Origin: Adineta vaga
Lineage: Eukaryota > Animalia > Rotifera
Direction of reading: 5' to 3'
DNA length: 64,000 bases
NCBI GenBank assembly: GCA_021613535.1
Contig: CP075493.1
Location: 11,222,001 to 11,286,000 of the forward strand
Shown here in pieces: positions 1 through 12,220 of the stretch (position 1 is the stretch's first letter; the number at the start of each line of letters is the position of its first letter). The notes below the pieces were generated by a model. It was not told where the DNA came from, ran no database searches, and worked only from the letters and a program-made list of their open reading frames with translations. A program made the position numbers and the translations under genes.

Positions 1-717
1 TCTCCTCTAATGGCAGAGGATTTACCAAATGATTATATATTGACTAGAGCGGTTGGCGTTTTCGGTCAGCTAATGGCTGAATATTTGTTGACTTATATTC
101 TCGCACACGAACGTCAATTGATGGAACGAATCGATCATCAAAAACAAAGAAAATGGTGTAATCTTCAACCAGGTACTCTTAAAGGACGACAGATTCTTAT
201 CGTTGGAGCTGGAGAAATTGGTTGTTGCGTGGCGCAAATGTTGTTGCCTTTTGGCATTGATTTGATAGGAATCGTCAATACAACTCGTTCTATTAATCCA
301 TTTCGTCTGTGTGGAACATTGGATGATCTCCCTGGTTTTTTAGAAAATGCAGACTATGTAATTAATCTCTTGCCTGACACATCACAAACACAAAATATTT
401 GGAATGCAACATTATTTGATCGAATGAAGCCAACAGCTATATTTATCAATGCAGGACGGGGAAATGCAGTTGTCGATGCTGATCTCATTGCGACTTTAGA
501 ACAAAAACGATTGGCAGGTGCAATAATTGATGTTTGTCGAGAAGAACCATTACTAGTGGACCATCCATTTTGGCATACAAAAGGACTCATCCTTACCAAT
601 CATAGTGCAGCACCGTCTCTCGCACGCCCTATTGCCGAACTTTTTTGTAACAATCTAAACAGATTCTGTAATCATCTTAGTATGCTTGGTAAAGTTGACT
701 TCAATCGTTGTTATTAG
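1..717 (+). CDS. D-isomer-specific 2-hydroxyacid dehydrogenase (GhrA-like, bacterial type); 5'-truncated by the window edge
   Basis: Frame is open from base 1 (SPLMAED...). Rossmann motif ILIVGAGEIG, FINAGRG (catalytic Arg), DVCREEPL (Glu) and LTNHSAA (His). No intron in the visible part. Confidence 0.9.
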   Translation, partial: SPLMAEDLPNDYILTRAVGVFGQLMAEYLLTYILAHERQLMERIDHQKQRKWCNLQPGTLKGRQILIVGAGEIGCCVAQMLLPFGIDLIGIVNTTRSINPFRLCGTLDDLPGFLENADYVINLLPDTSQTQNIWNATLFDRMKPTAIFINAGRGNAVVDADLIATLEQKRLAGAIIDVCREEPLLVDHPFWHTKGLILTNHSAAPSLARPIAELFCNNLNRFCNHLSMLGKVDFNRCY

Positions 718-783
718 AAAATATAAATTCTCGGCATGAGCGATACTTAATTTGCAAGAATATCTTAATACATTGATCATCAA

Positions 784-852
784 CTTGAGGGTGGGTGAAT
801 GTGGGTGAAATTGAGAGGGAGAGAAAACAGAAAAAACATATCCACACCCTCA
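784..852. repeat. Short imperfect palindrome with TGAGGG/TGTGGG arms (dispersed family)
   Basis: cttgagggtgggtg at 784 and ccacaccctca at 842; lies between two convergent stop codons. Confidence 0.5.
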
Positions 853-976
853 TCAAAACCGATTTGATATAAGTGAGCATATGTTCTACTTTGATAAATT
901 TAAAAAGAAAGGTTAGCTTCAGTGTAAAGTTTATTACAATACAACGATGATTACAAAATAACACTAAATTTAGTTT

Positions 977-1924
977 TTATTCGACGACTACCGTACGATT
1001 ATTTTCACGAACTGTTAACATTAATGATTGAGGAAAAATTTGTCTTTGTCGACGACGAAGATGAAAGATTTGAAGTAGTCGACTTCTTAAGTCAGATAAT
1101 GACAAAGCGCAAACAAATGGAAATAATGGAAAGATAAAATATGTAATAAATGTTGTATAACGAACGACATCATCAAAGATGTCAGATGTGACATTGAACA
1201 GTACACAAATGCTTACAATTAAGAAAGGAAAATACAAAATAATATATAAAAATGAAATCGATAACATTTGAATCGTCATCTTGCGATATTTTCGCCATTG
1301 AAAACGTTGATTCATCTTCTTCTTCTGCCATATAACACGAATAATTAAAGTAATACTAAACAGAACGATGATAGGAAAGGGCAAAAATTGATGAACTATC
1401 AATTCATACATTGCCAATGCATAGTTGGCAAAGATACAAACTGATATACAAATATAACCTGATTGAGGATAACTATTTTCACAAGGTGGAATAAAATAAA
1501 CAACTACATAGAAACTAAAACAATAACAAAGAACAAAGATTATGGGTAAATAATGAATAAGAAAACGTTTTTTCTTTGTTGACATCCATCGATCATGAAA
1601 AACAAGAATATGTCTTTCGATAGTTGCCCACGCTAATAGAATTGTATAAGTGACATACAATGACCAATCATTGAAACCCCAAATTGAACAGAATACAGGT
1701 GATCGATACCATGTACCTTCATATTGATAATAGATCATCATCCAAATATAATTTGTTAATTGAGAAAAGAGACCAAGTGAAAGAAGAACAATAATAACAT
1801 GATTATGAAGACTATGTCGTAATGTACGATTAAATAATAAAGAATACAAGACAAAAAAAGCACAGAGAATCGATGGAATAACAAAGGCGAGAAAACACCA
1901 AAATCGAGCTACTTTAGAGATCAT
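977..1924 (-). CDS. Orphan class A (rhodopsin-like) GPCR
   Basis: Seven hydrophobic segments, TM3 'LAWATIERH' (DRY variant), Cys at the top of TM3, TM7 'PLFPFVC'; intronless. Confidence 0.85.
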   Translation of the reverse strand: MISKVARFWCFLAFVIPSILCAFFVLYSLLFNRTLRHSLHNHVIIVLLSLGLFSQLTNYIWMMIYYQYEGTWYRSPVFCSIWGFNDWSLYVTYTILLAWATIERHILVFHDRWMSTKKKRFLIHYLPIIFVLCYCFSFYVVVYFIPPCENSYPQSGYICISVCIFANYALAMYELIVHQFLPFPIIVLFSITLIIRVIWQKKKMNQRFQWRKYRKMTIQMLSISFLYIILYFPFLIVSICVLFNVTSDIFDDVVRYTTFITYFIFPLFPFVCALSLSDLRSRLLQIFHLRRRQRQIFPQSLMLTVRENNRTVVVE

Positions 1925-2335
1925 CCTTTTGCGTATATAGTAAGAAGAAAAAATGTTCCAGTGAATAGAAAAAGCAAAAGTCAGAAGATAAATTGAAGAT
2001 AATAATTATCTGTTCGTTTGAATCAAAGTAAATTATAAACTGAAGATTCACTTCTTCAAAAAGTACAAAGATTACATTCATGAATGAGCCTGATTAGATG
2101 AACAATAATTATAATTCTGTATTCCGAAATTATGTTTGCACTTTGCTATTATGCGAGTAGTGATGAATGCGGATCATTTCCTCCTTGTACTGCATGAAAC
2201 ATTCTGTGGTGATACGGTTGATATTCAGCCATGTAGAAAAAATGAATGAGATCTCATTGTCCAACTACAAGTCTGAATTTTTATACATGAGTTGATAAGA
2301 TTTTGTTTTATATTTTAAAGAAACAGGTATCATAG

Positions 2336-3439
2336 CTACACATGAAATTTTTCAAACAAATTCTCAACATCACGTTCTAGATTTTTTTCTGCTTCATCAA
2401 GTAAATGTTCTCTTCCATGATACCAATCAGTATAAGCAACAACAACCATCGCTTCTGATACAGCATCATTCATATTCCTTCGATTTTTGAATCGTTCTTC
2501 ATAGAGTTTCATTCGTTCTTCACCAAATGATGCGCAAAGACATTCACGAAGAAACATCAATTCTTGTTCACCTTTCCATACTTCTCCAAGTGTCATTGTT
2601 TCAAAATCTTGATCAACAATCATCAATGAACTCCATTCCCAATCGATTAATGCTTGAATCGTTTGTGTTTTAGGATCAATAATGATATTTTTAGGCGCTA
2701 TATCTGTATGTGTCAAGACAACTCGTTCGTCGAATATCATTTTCTTTTGTTCTTCTCGTAGTAACTTGATAATTGCTTCAAATTTCGATACATAATGAGA
2801 ATACTTGGATTTTGCCATTTCCGGAAGTCGGAATTGTATATAATCACACGAATAATCGTAGATATTTTCATACGGACCCAGTTGAGAATCAACGTTAGGA
2901 CATAACACAGCTTCGAATTTCCCATTTTTTGAAGCAATCTTCTCAAAACAACCTAATTTGTTGACATCTACAGATGTTATATCGATATTAATCATATCAG
3001 TATAGATTTTTACGAGTTGAAGCAAGTAAGGTTTTCGTTCTTCGAAACTTAATGAATTATAAATGTCAGATAATGGAATGCCTTGTATGTATGTCATAAG
3101 AATATATTCATAGCCGATGAGATCATTTGTACATGAATAAGATATGACTTTTGGTACCGGTATCGATGTGTATGTGTGCAAGAAATCAAGAACAATGGCT
3201 TCATTTCTCGTTTTAAGTAATTTCCAAAGAGGATTGGTAACTTTAAGAATATATTGTTCACCATTGGATATTCGTATATGATATATAGGATTACAAAATC
3301 CGTTCTCAATTCGTAATGATATAAAATTTTCATCATCATTGAGTATATTAGCATGATGTAAAACTTTTTTGATTTGTTCGTCTTTAATTTGATGTGTATG
3401 AACTGTCATTCTTTGTTTTAGTTTGAACAAAATATTCAA
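2336..3439 (-). CDS. Aminoglycoside phosphotransferase / choline kinase-like (APH) protein
   Basis: YILKV (ATP-binding Lys), IPVPKV, HTDIAPKNII (HxDxxxxN) and IDWEWS. True start is probably the ATG near 3409 or an upstream exon. Confidence 0.85.
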   Translation of the reverse strand: MNILFKLKQRMTVHTHQIKDEQIKKVLHHANILNDDENFISLRIENGFCNPIYHIRISNGEQYILKVTNPLWKLLKTRNEAIVLDFLHTYTSIPVPKVISYSCTNDLIGYEYILMTYIQGIPLSDIYNSLSFEERKPYLLQLVKIYTDMINIDITSVDVNKLGCFEKIASKNGKFEAVLCPNVDSQLGPYENIYDYSCDYIQFRLPEMAKSKYSHYVSKFEAIIKLLREEQKKMIFDERVVLTHTDIAPKNIIIDPKTQTIQALIDWEWSSLMIVDQDFETMTLGEVWKGEQELMFLRECLCASFGEERMKLYEERFKNRRNMNDAVSEAMVVVAYTDWYHGREHLLDEAEKNLERDVENLFEKFHV

Positions 3440-4334
3440 TATATTCTAGAAAGTGTTTTTATAAATTCAGTTAAAAAATATGTAATGACTCAATACAAGT
3501 CCATTTTGTTGTTATCAATAATGAATCAGATTGAAATATAATATACTCAAGAAGTTCGACAAAGTAAGCGATGGAAAAGATGTCACTCTATAGCGACGAA
3601 TGTAACTCTAATGCATATACATATATCTTCGAAGATAAGTAAGAAAGAACCATGAACTCATATCAAATTTGTCAATTACCACATATAAAGGTATATTGTA
3701 TTACGTTTTAAATTGCAACTATCCGAAAATGATCTGTTTATATACTTTCATAACGCCGGTGACTATATCTATACCTATTGATCAGTTTTACATATTATAG
3801 AGGATACAGGTACAACATTCACAATGAAAATCGATCATGGTCTTTGTTATTATTAATAACACAGTTTTGCTTTTGTTATCATATGAGAAAAGTAGGATGA
3901 AAAAGATTCCATTCTTATTTTACATTGTAGAAACATATGTGTTATTGCAATTCGGTTTATACAAGTGATTGATACAAAACTTAGCGATGGTATACGACAA
4001 TATAAGTTTGATTCAATCTATTTTCTTGTTGTATTATCAGTAATAGCAAAAAGAATGATCGACTACTGTTGATTGAACAAACTTTTCAGCTTTTAACATG
4101 AAGAAGCGGGTGTTTTGAATATGTTTTCTAGCAATCTTCATCTTATATGAAACGTCACTGAAAGTGAGCACACATGGCATCGTTTAATGACGATCGATAA
4201 CGGAAGGAAAAAGAAAAAAATTGTGTATGAATATTATATTATGATGTCATTGGGAAATTTTCAATCTACGGCATGTATATAAACTATCGCTTTTATCATA
4301 ATTTTCACAATAGAAAGAAATTGTTTTTTCAAAA

Positions 4335-4879
4335 ATGGCACGATCGCAAAGAGATATAGGATGGGTACTTAGAAACGATCGTGAGCGTGATCAACGTTAT
4401 ACAATGCCACAAGTTCTCAATTTTGATGGTTCTAGAGACAGACGATTCGGTTTGCTTGAACAACCTGTATTTGGATCATCTGATTTATTAACTCAAGGTC
4501 GTTCACGATATTACAATGGTATTGATGGGGGATATGGTCCTGGTAAGATATACTTATGTTCATTATATTTTTAATTTTTTTCTGATTTTCAGGTGTCTAT
4601 CAATTGATGACGATGGCAGGAATGGGACGACCTACAACTCAATATACTGGTATGTCTCTTGATCTCCATCGACGATTGAACGAGCATGGCCGTGGTGGAT
4701 CAGATAACATTGCTCTACAGATGCATCAAGCCGCTAATCGAGGAATGGATGTACGTGCTCGTTTTGCGCCAGCTGACAATATATTCGAAGCAAGAGCTCA
4801 AGAATTATTCCTGCTTGATCAAAGAAACTTTTCTTGGAATTCGAGAAACAATGGTGGAATAGATCCATCTTGGTGGTGA
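4335..4879 (+). CDS. Small GIY-YIG nuclease-domain protein (ET/HRT-like), 2 exons (4335-4542, 4593-4879), 164 aa
   Basis: A 50-nt GT-AG intron joins two ORFs in phase, giving GPGVYQL...QYTGMSLDLHRRLNEH...EARAQELFLL...FSWNSRNNG. This supplies the GIY, YxG, Arg, Glu and Asn motifs. Confidence 0.75.
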
Positions 4880-5347
4880 ATGGTAAACTGGCTGGTTGAT
4901 GCTGCTCTTTTTCCTCCTTTTTTTCAAAATATATCCTCCTGCTCCTGTTTTCACTTCAAATCTCCTCCTATCCCTCCTTTTTCATTTTAATTTCAAAATC
5001 ACTAAATTGAATACCGTGAAAAAACAAAAACTCGATGCTGAAAAGATTTAAATCATTCGAACAGGAGACAGAACTCATGTTGAAATATAAAAGCTTCAAT
5101 AAGAACAAAAAACACTTCGAATATTACTTGAAGAAGAAAATCAAAGATTAGAAAATTAATTGAAAAAAGGTGCTTTTACTGATGTCCGAGCTGCCTATAG
5201 GCATTACAAAATCTGGAACGGAAAAAAATAAAATCTATAAATGAAGAAATGAAGAAATTATGGAAAATTTATCCATCATTCAACAAAAACGAGTTTGTGC
5301 GAGCATCAATAATTAAAACAAAAAATTAGTTTCTGAACAGTGAAAAA

Positions 5348-5576
5348 GAGGGTGTGGGTGTGAGGTTGCAATGATAAACGATAAAATACCCATGCCCTCA
5401 AGATGGTGAAAATTATACGTTTGAGAAGTTTTTGTGTTATTAGTTTTGTTTCGTTATGTCAGAAAGAATGGTTTCTGCAAATTAGAAATGAGTTGTGTAA
5501 ATAACATGGTAAGATTTGATTTGGTTAGTGAATGGGTGAAGAGAGGAGTACTACCCACACCCACACCCTCAAGATG
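5348..5576. repeat. Cluster of telomere-like palindromic motifs (GAGGGTGTGGGTGTG ... CACACCCACACCCTCAAGAT)
   Basis: Arms at 5348-5362, 5388-5405 and 5554-5576. Confidence 0.6.
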
Positions 5577-7556
5577 AAAATGAAGTGCCACGAAAAATTA
5601 AATTGAAGGGTTTACGAGCAATATTGTCTGACCATTCAGCATTTAAAATGGTGAGCTTTTATACTCTAGTAAGCCTTTTTAAACTGCTAATGTGTTTCAG
5701 TATTTATAGATTTCTCGATTAGAGCAACAAGTTAGAAAATATGGCGCTACAATAAAGTTTTGCCGTGAGTTTCACTGCGAACTTAATTGTATTGAAGGTC
5801 TATGGTGCTCACAGAAAATGTATGTTCGTCGAAAACATGATAAAAAATATAAAATTATGCTCGTGCTCCTTATTGAATCACGTGAAACTTCCAAGATAAA
5901 GAAGTTCACTTGAAACTTTTACGAAGATTCTGGAAATGTTTGTTGACTTATATAGATGGTCAGTCGTATGCGGAAGTAATGAAGATGTTCTTTAGTACTA
6001 AATGTAAAACAACAGTTAACAGTCATACACATATTAGTAACAGTAACTTCAGCGTTAATTTGTGATTGTCATTGTGAATATTTAGAATAAATATACCAGT
6101 AAATACGTTAACGAACAGAGAATATTTGTTTTCATTTCAGTTGTATCTATGCAATCCGAAATTTGGCATTGATTTTAACTTATTCTAGTGTGTTTTGACT
6201 TTATTGGGAGTGAACAGAAAAAATGAACAAAAATCACTTGGCTGATTTTTCTTAGCGACGAAAAGAAATTTTTGAAAAAACTCTTCGTAACTTTGGAGCT
6301 ATGCTACTGATCAATCTAACTATGTAAGAATATTGGCTCTAGCATTTCTAAAAAAAACTTGTGATATTGTTGCAAAATTAAGTTCCAGTTTTTGAGCACA
6401 GTTCTTGGAAAATTATTTTGTGAACTAATAATTTGTTCTGGAAATGGTTTAAAACCAGTTTCTTATTCAGTTTTCGATGGTCTATCAGAAAAACTAAGTT
6501 AGAGGATTTCACCTCGTAACATATTTGATAAAAAGAGAAATCTATGAACTGTTGCCAAATTATCTATTTTTCATACCTTCTATGTTTTTCCAGTTTTTCG
6601 ATCAAGAAAAAGTTTAAAAAAACGCTAGGTACAAAAATTCTCTATCATTTGGAGTATAAAATTTTTAGAAAATTGTCAATTTAAGTTTGATGTACGTCCT
6701 TCTTATCTTGGCAAATAGAAGAAACTATAGCAAGTAGTTCGAACTAAATATAAACCGGCAAATTATAGTAATGATTTATTTACCTGATATTTAGCTGTTG
6801 TTCGAAAATCCATTACTAACAATGAAGCTTCTTCCGACAACTATAGTGCTTCAATCAATTGTTTACTAATAAAATCACTCGAACAAAGCAGGAATGAAGA
6901 TGATATTATTTGCAACGAAAGTTTTATATAGTATATTTATATTTGTACAAATACATGAAAGAGCATCGGCATGTTCAAAACAATAAAGAAGAGAAAGTAT
7001 AATCGATGTTGAATTATTGTTGTATTCATCTTCATCATGTACAAATAAATTACAATTATATATATATATGCGTTCTCGGAAGCCAATTAAAATAATATCG
7101 ATAATTCATGATTAAATGTTACTTGGTAAAAATAGTTTGATTTTATTTATCTTCTCCTTCTAAAAAACAAATTCCCTAAAATTTGTTTGTGTTCAATCTG
7201 AAACAAATTAAAATTTAATGAGGGTCAGTGTCCTTCATATATATTTGAATGATAATATTAGAGAATTCTTTCTTCTCAGGCAAAATAAATGCGTAAATCG
7301 AAACGGAATCACGACGAGATATAAAAGAAATGCATCGTTTTATTATTTAAAATTATATGGATTGCTTTTGTACATTTTTCTTAGTTAAGTTTATTTATAT
7401 ATCAAAAATAAATTAGTATCTGCACATTTAGATTGGCAAAGAAAAAGATTTATCGGCAACTAACGACAACTATTGTTTTTCTTCAGAACACACACATAAA
7501 ATGGACGTAATGTGTACGAATGAATTAATTTTTTTGACTCATTTTCATTTCTAGTT

Positions 7557-8588
7557 ATGGCTACATATAAATTAGTTCTAGTTCGTCATGGTGAAAGGTA
7601 AATGAGTTTATAAGTTATTAGTATTTAAGATAATCAAAAATCAATTTAGTGAATGGAACGAAAAAAATCTATTTTGTGGATGGTATGATGCTGATGTATC
7701 AGAAAAAGGCGTAGAAGAAAGTAAACAAGCCAGTAAGGTTTGTTTCTTTTCTTTATTTTATCATAAATTCAAAAGAAGTTATGGATGAATTTTAATTTAG
7801 TGGCTTAAAGAAGGAGGTTTTACATTTGATATAGCTTATACATCTGTATTAAAACGAGCAATTAAATCATTATATATTATTCAAGAAGAATTAGATCTTC
7901 ATTGGATTCCAGTCTATCGTCATTGGCGTCTTAATGAACGTGTTTATGGAGATCTACAAGGAAAAGATAAAATCGAGACAGCAGCGAAATATGGTAAAGA
8001 TCAAGTAAAAGTTAGTTGAATTATTTTCTTTTATCAATAAATCTGAAGACATTATTTTGAAAAAAAAACAGATTTGGCGTCGTGCTTATGATATTCCACC
8101 TCCACCTCTCGATGAATCAAGTGAATTCAATCCAAAAAATGATCCCAAATATCAAGTGAATACTTTCAAAGAATTCTTTTCAAATATATTTTGTTTCATT
8201 CTAGAATATTGATAAACATCTAATACCATTAACTGAATGTTTGAAAGATACAGTTATACGTGTATTACCTTATTGGCATGATACGATTGTTCCATCAATT
8301 CGTTCCGGTCAAAAAGTCCTTATTTGTGTTCATGGTACCGCACTTCGTGCATTAATTAAATATCTTGATAAAGTATCCGATGAAAAAATTTCGGAAATCA
8401 ATGTGCCAACAGGTTTAATAGAAAAAGAAAACGATTGAAATTTTATTCGATTTTATGTTTAAGGTATTCCACTAGTTTATGAATTAGATGAAGAATTAAA
8501 TCCAATCAAACATTATTATGTTGCACCAGATGATATCGTTAAAAAAGCAACTGATAAAGTTGCTAATCTTGGACAGACAAAAGAATAA
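7557..8588 (+). CDS. PGAM: 2,3-BPG-dependent phosphoglycerate mutase, 6 coding exons
   Basis: Spliced: [27 protein letters not shown]...TSVLKRAI...WRLNERVYG...[13 protein letters not shown]...[13 protein letters not shown]...GIPLVYELD; stop at 8586-8588. Confidence 0.93.
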
Positions 8589-8708
8589 ACATATGGTTTT
8601 TCCGTAAATCAAATTCGGTGATAGATCTATAGTTGTTTTTCTCTAAACTTTTATTATTAACATTTCTTTGAGAGTTTATGAAATATATTCATGCTCAGCG
8701 ATAATTAT

Positions 8709-9569
8709 TTATTTTGACAAACATTCTTTAAGAGCTTTCACAAATGCACCAGCACAAAAACACAAAGTACATCCAAGTGCACATACTAGTGAAAATAATA
8801 TTGATCCATAAGAAGTTATCGTAATAATATAAATAACGAAATCATATGTTTTATATTCTGATCGATTAGGTAACAGTTGAGCACAATAAACTACTGCAGT
8901 AATTGTAACAATCAGAACTAATATACCACTTATTATCATTAAAACTACTACCCATACTGAGTATATCTTATCACCATCGTCGTCAGCATCATCATCTCCA
9001 AAATGACATCCTTTATCGACCACTTTTTCTACCATAGGTATGCCACAAAATGTTCCTAATATCATTAAAATTTCATAGAATGTACCACGAAATGGTGAAG
9101 TTGCATCGAGAAATAGAAATAAAATTTGCGTTTCAAACAATGCTCCATATAACATTATACGTAATGGGAATGCACACCATACCGATGGACATTTTCTCGA
9201 ATACTTTTCACCACAATTCCATTCACAGAAAATACAAATTAGATGAAGAATAACTTCAAGAACAAAAAATAGTATAGCAACGATAAGTAAATTCGTTGTA
9301 TTTTTTAATAATAATAAATATGCTATTAATTCACCTGATTCAACACATATACTAAAGATAATTTTTGCAACTGGATGCAAAAATAATGGTTCAATTGTTG
9401 AGGCGCCACCGACACCAAATAAAATGAAAAAGAATCGTTGTTGAGCAGTTTCCTCGAGATCATTATCTTTAGCAATGAAATATATTCCTAATTGTTCAGC
9501 AAGGTTGAATATGTCAATAAAAATGCCTAAAATATTAGCAACCAATAATCTTTTCTCTTTTTGTATCAT
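8709..9569 (-). CDS. Uncharacterised multi-pass membrane protein
   Basis: 286-aa intronless ORF with ~7-8 hydrophobic segments, an acidic loop and a Cys-rich C-terminal helix. Confidence 0.7.
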   Translation of the reverse strand: MIQKEKRLLVANILGIFIDIFNLAEQLGIYFIAKDNDLEETAQQRFFFILFGVGGASTIEPLFLHPVAKIIFSICVESGELIAYLLLLKNTTNLLIVAILFFVLEVILHLICIFCEWNCGEKYSRKCPSVWCAFPLRIMLYGALFETQILFLFLDATSPFRGTFYEILMILGTFCGIPMVEKVVDKGCHFGDDDADDDGDKIYSVWVVVLMIISGILVLIVTITAVVYCAQLLPNRSEYKTYDFVIYIITITSYGSILFSLVCALGCTLCFCAGAFVKALKECLSK

Positions 9570-11034
9570 ACTTGATTAGAGATTTCTAGATTATTGACAA
9601 TCTAGAAAAGAAAGTAGGTCACAGCAATACCAAACATATGGAATTTTTGATAAGATCTTCTGAGTCGACAGAATATTTCTGCCAAGTCTTATATTACTAC
9701 ATATATGATCTCATTCAAATTTGTCATTGTTTGCATCCGCAAAAATTTCTTCTTACTGTTTGCTTTCTTTCTAGTAGTGCTGTTTTCGTATGACCCATTT
9801 TAAAGTAAACACAGCAACCGTTACTGATTTATTTAAATAGTTTTGTCTTTCTCTTGTTGGCATAGAAATCATGCCATACATCGACAAAAAGAAAAAGAAA
9901 AAAATAGTCTCTTGCATCGATTATTTTGTCAACTTAAACCTTGGAAATGAACGAGATATAGAAGGAACTCTGCATATCACTGAAGTTATAAATCGATGAA
10001 TTTATATGTACGAAAAATGTTCTAATTAACATTAATGTGTTCAAATCGTAAAAAGATTTTTTTCGTATTCTAAATACTTCGTATATTCTTCATTTCTCGG
10101 TTGTCATAAATGATAAATCATATAAATATGTTCCAACGTGATTGTATGACGCATGTAAAAAAAGGCCTGTTAGTGTAATATTTCTCTATAAAATCTCGAG
10201 ATTGATGATCTATTTATGAATGAATGACATCTTTAAACGACGAGAACTAACGTATTCATTACATTCCTCTTTTAACTGTTGATAACTATTGTAATGATGC
10301 GAATTCTATTCCATTTATTTTCGACTACAATACAACATGATTGTCTTTATGCTGATGTGCCCATCGGAACAGAAAATGATCCCTATGAAATCAGAGTTGC
10401 AACCCTCTTCGCTGAAAAGTATTTCCTCGAAAGAATCCCGGACGCATTGCGCTGTTATGGGCCCTTTATTTCTTATACAGGTTTATTCACCATAAAGGGG
10501 CCAACGCATCTGTATAATCCATATCGAATTCGAATCTCTAAATAAAACTTCGGCAAACGTGTTACAAATTGAAACGAGATTATAAACAAGATTGTATGAT
10601 ATTTGATGAGTCCGTGACAAAATATTATTTTATCTGGAATTTCTTCATCATGTCTAGGTATGATGTCTGTCTACGATGTTGAGAATCTATATATGTTTGA
10701 TGAATTAATAGACAAGTGAAATGACATGTAATATGTTGTTCTATGGTATTTTTGATTAAAAACTTGCGTTTATATCATCTTTCATGATATTGATTGAGAT
10801 CTTTAAATTGTGATAGAGAAAAATTTATTCTTCGATAAAATTAACATCATAAAGTTTGACTTTTTCACATGAAAATAATGTTCATTCTAACTAGACAATA
10901 CTGATAATTCACAATGATCAATATGTTTGTTGATAAAATGTAGTGATGCATTTCATTTGCAAGATTTTATTTAGAATTATTTAAAATCTGTAGTCTTTTA
11001 ACAGAGTGTTCACGTATTTCCAGATCAAACTATA

Positions 11035-12220
11035 TTATTCATCTCCCTCATCGTCTTCTTCTTCTTCTTCTTCATCATCATCTTCGTTTTCATCTTCACT
11101 TGGTTTAATAGCTAACTGTGAATCATACATTTCTAGAACGTGTGAAGCAATTTCGCCCACATCTGCTACATCAATATTTGCAAAAACAACAATCGTCACT
11201 TTCACATTTAGGACTCGAATAATATACGATTGAAAACCTTGCCATGTTCCACCATGACTAACAACTCGCATACCACTGACAGTTTCCTCTAAACACCAAC
11301 CGAAACCATATGGATATGTTGTATCATCGTTTAATTTGACAGCACTCCACATTTGATCGAAACTGTTTTGTTTCTTCAATATTACATTGCTATTCAAACC
11401 AGTCTCATATTTTATCATATCATAAACACTCACATAGAGAGCACCATCAGCAAAACTATTGACACCAGGTGAAACCCATTCTTGATTTTTAACTTTATTA
11501 TCAACAAGTTCATAACCTGATGCACGATTTAAAACAATATCACTTTCACTAATTATACGCGCTGTATTCATTCCAAGTGGTTCGAAAATATTCTTCTTTA
11601 GAAAATCACCATAAAAATCACCAGTAATACGATGAATTAATATTCCTAATGTAATATATCCAAGATTACTATATGAATGTTGTTCACCAGGTTTAAAATC
11701 AAGAGAAACTTTCTTAATCAATTTCCACATACCATCTTCATCAATATCTTCTTGAGTACTAAAACCAGAAGGATAATCGGTCGTACCAGCAGTATGTGTT
11801 AACAGATGGCGAACCGTTACATTTTTCCATGATTTAGGTATATCATCCATATATTCTTTAATTCGTGTATCTAAGTCAAGTTCTCCTCTTTCAACTAAGA
11901 TCATAATAGCCAATGCTGTAAATTGTTTACCTATTGAACCTGATTGAAACATAGTTTCAAGTTTCACAGGCACTTGATGTTCAATGTTTGAATAACCATA
12001 GCCTTGTCCAAAAATCATCTGATTATTTTTTATTATAGCTATGGAAAGACCTGGAATCTTTTGTTTTTTCATTTCTGTTCGAATATATTCATCAATGTGA
12101 TGATAACTATTCGTATTATAATCTATACAAAATCAACATGATTAGAGTTTGTTTTCTTTTTTTTCTATCTAAATAAATCAACTTACTGCTTGCATACTGG
12201 TATGATGAAGGCGTGTACAT
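11035..12220 (-). CDS. Serine hydrolase, class C beta-lactamase/AmpC-like; 2 exons (12220-12187, 12122-11035); acidic C-terminal tail
   Basis: SIGK (SxxK), LLTHTAG, YSN and HGG motifs. Exon 1 MYTPSSYQYAS joins in phase through a 64-nt gtaagt...tag intron. Confidence 0.88.

Noticed and set aside
5000-7500. Possible transposon or gene relics in a long intergenic region
   Set aside because: No transposase motif, long terminal repeats or target-site duplication that I can support.
10279-10545. 88-aa ORF (CLYADVPIGTENDPYEI)
   Set aside because: Non-ATG start and no continuing exons; at most a gene fragment.
11006-11233. Poly-Ser ORF on the plus strand
   Set aside because: Antisense of the acidic tail of the beta-lactamase-like gene.
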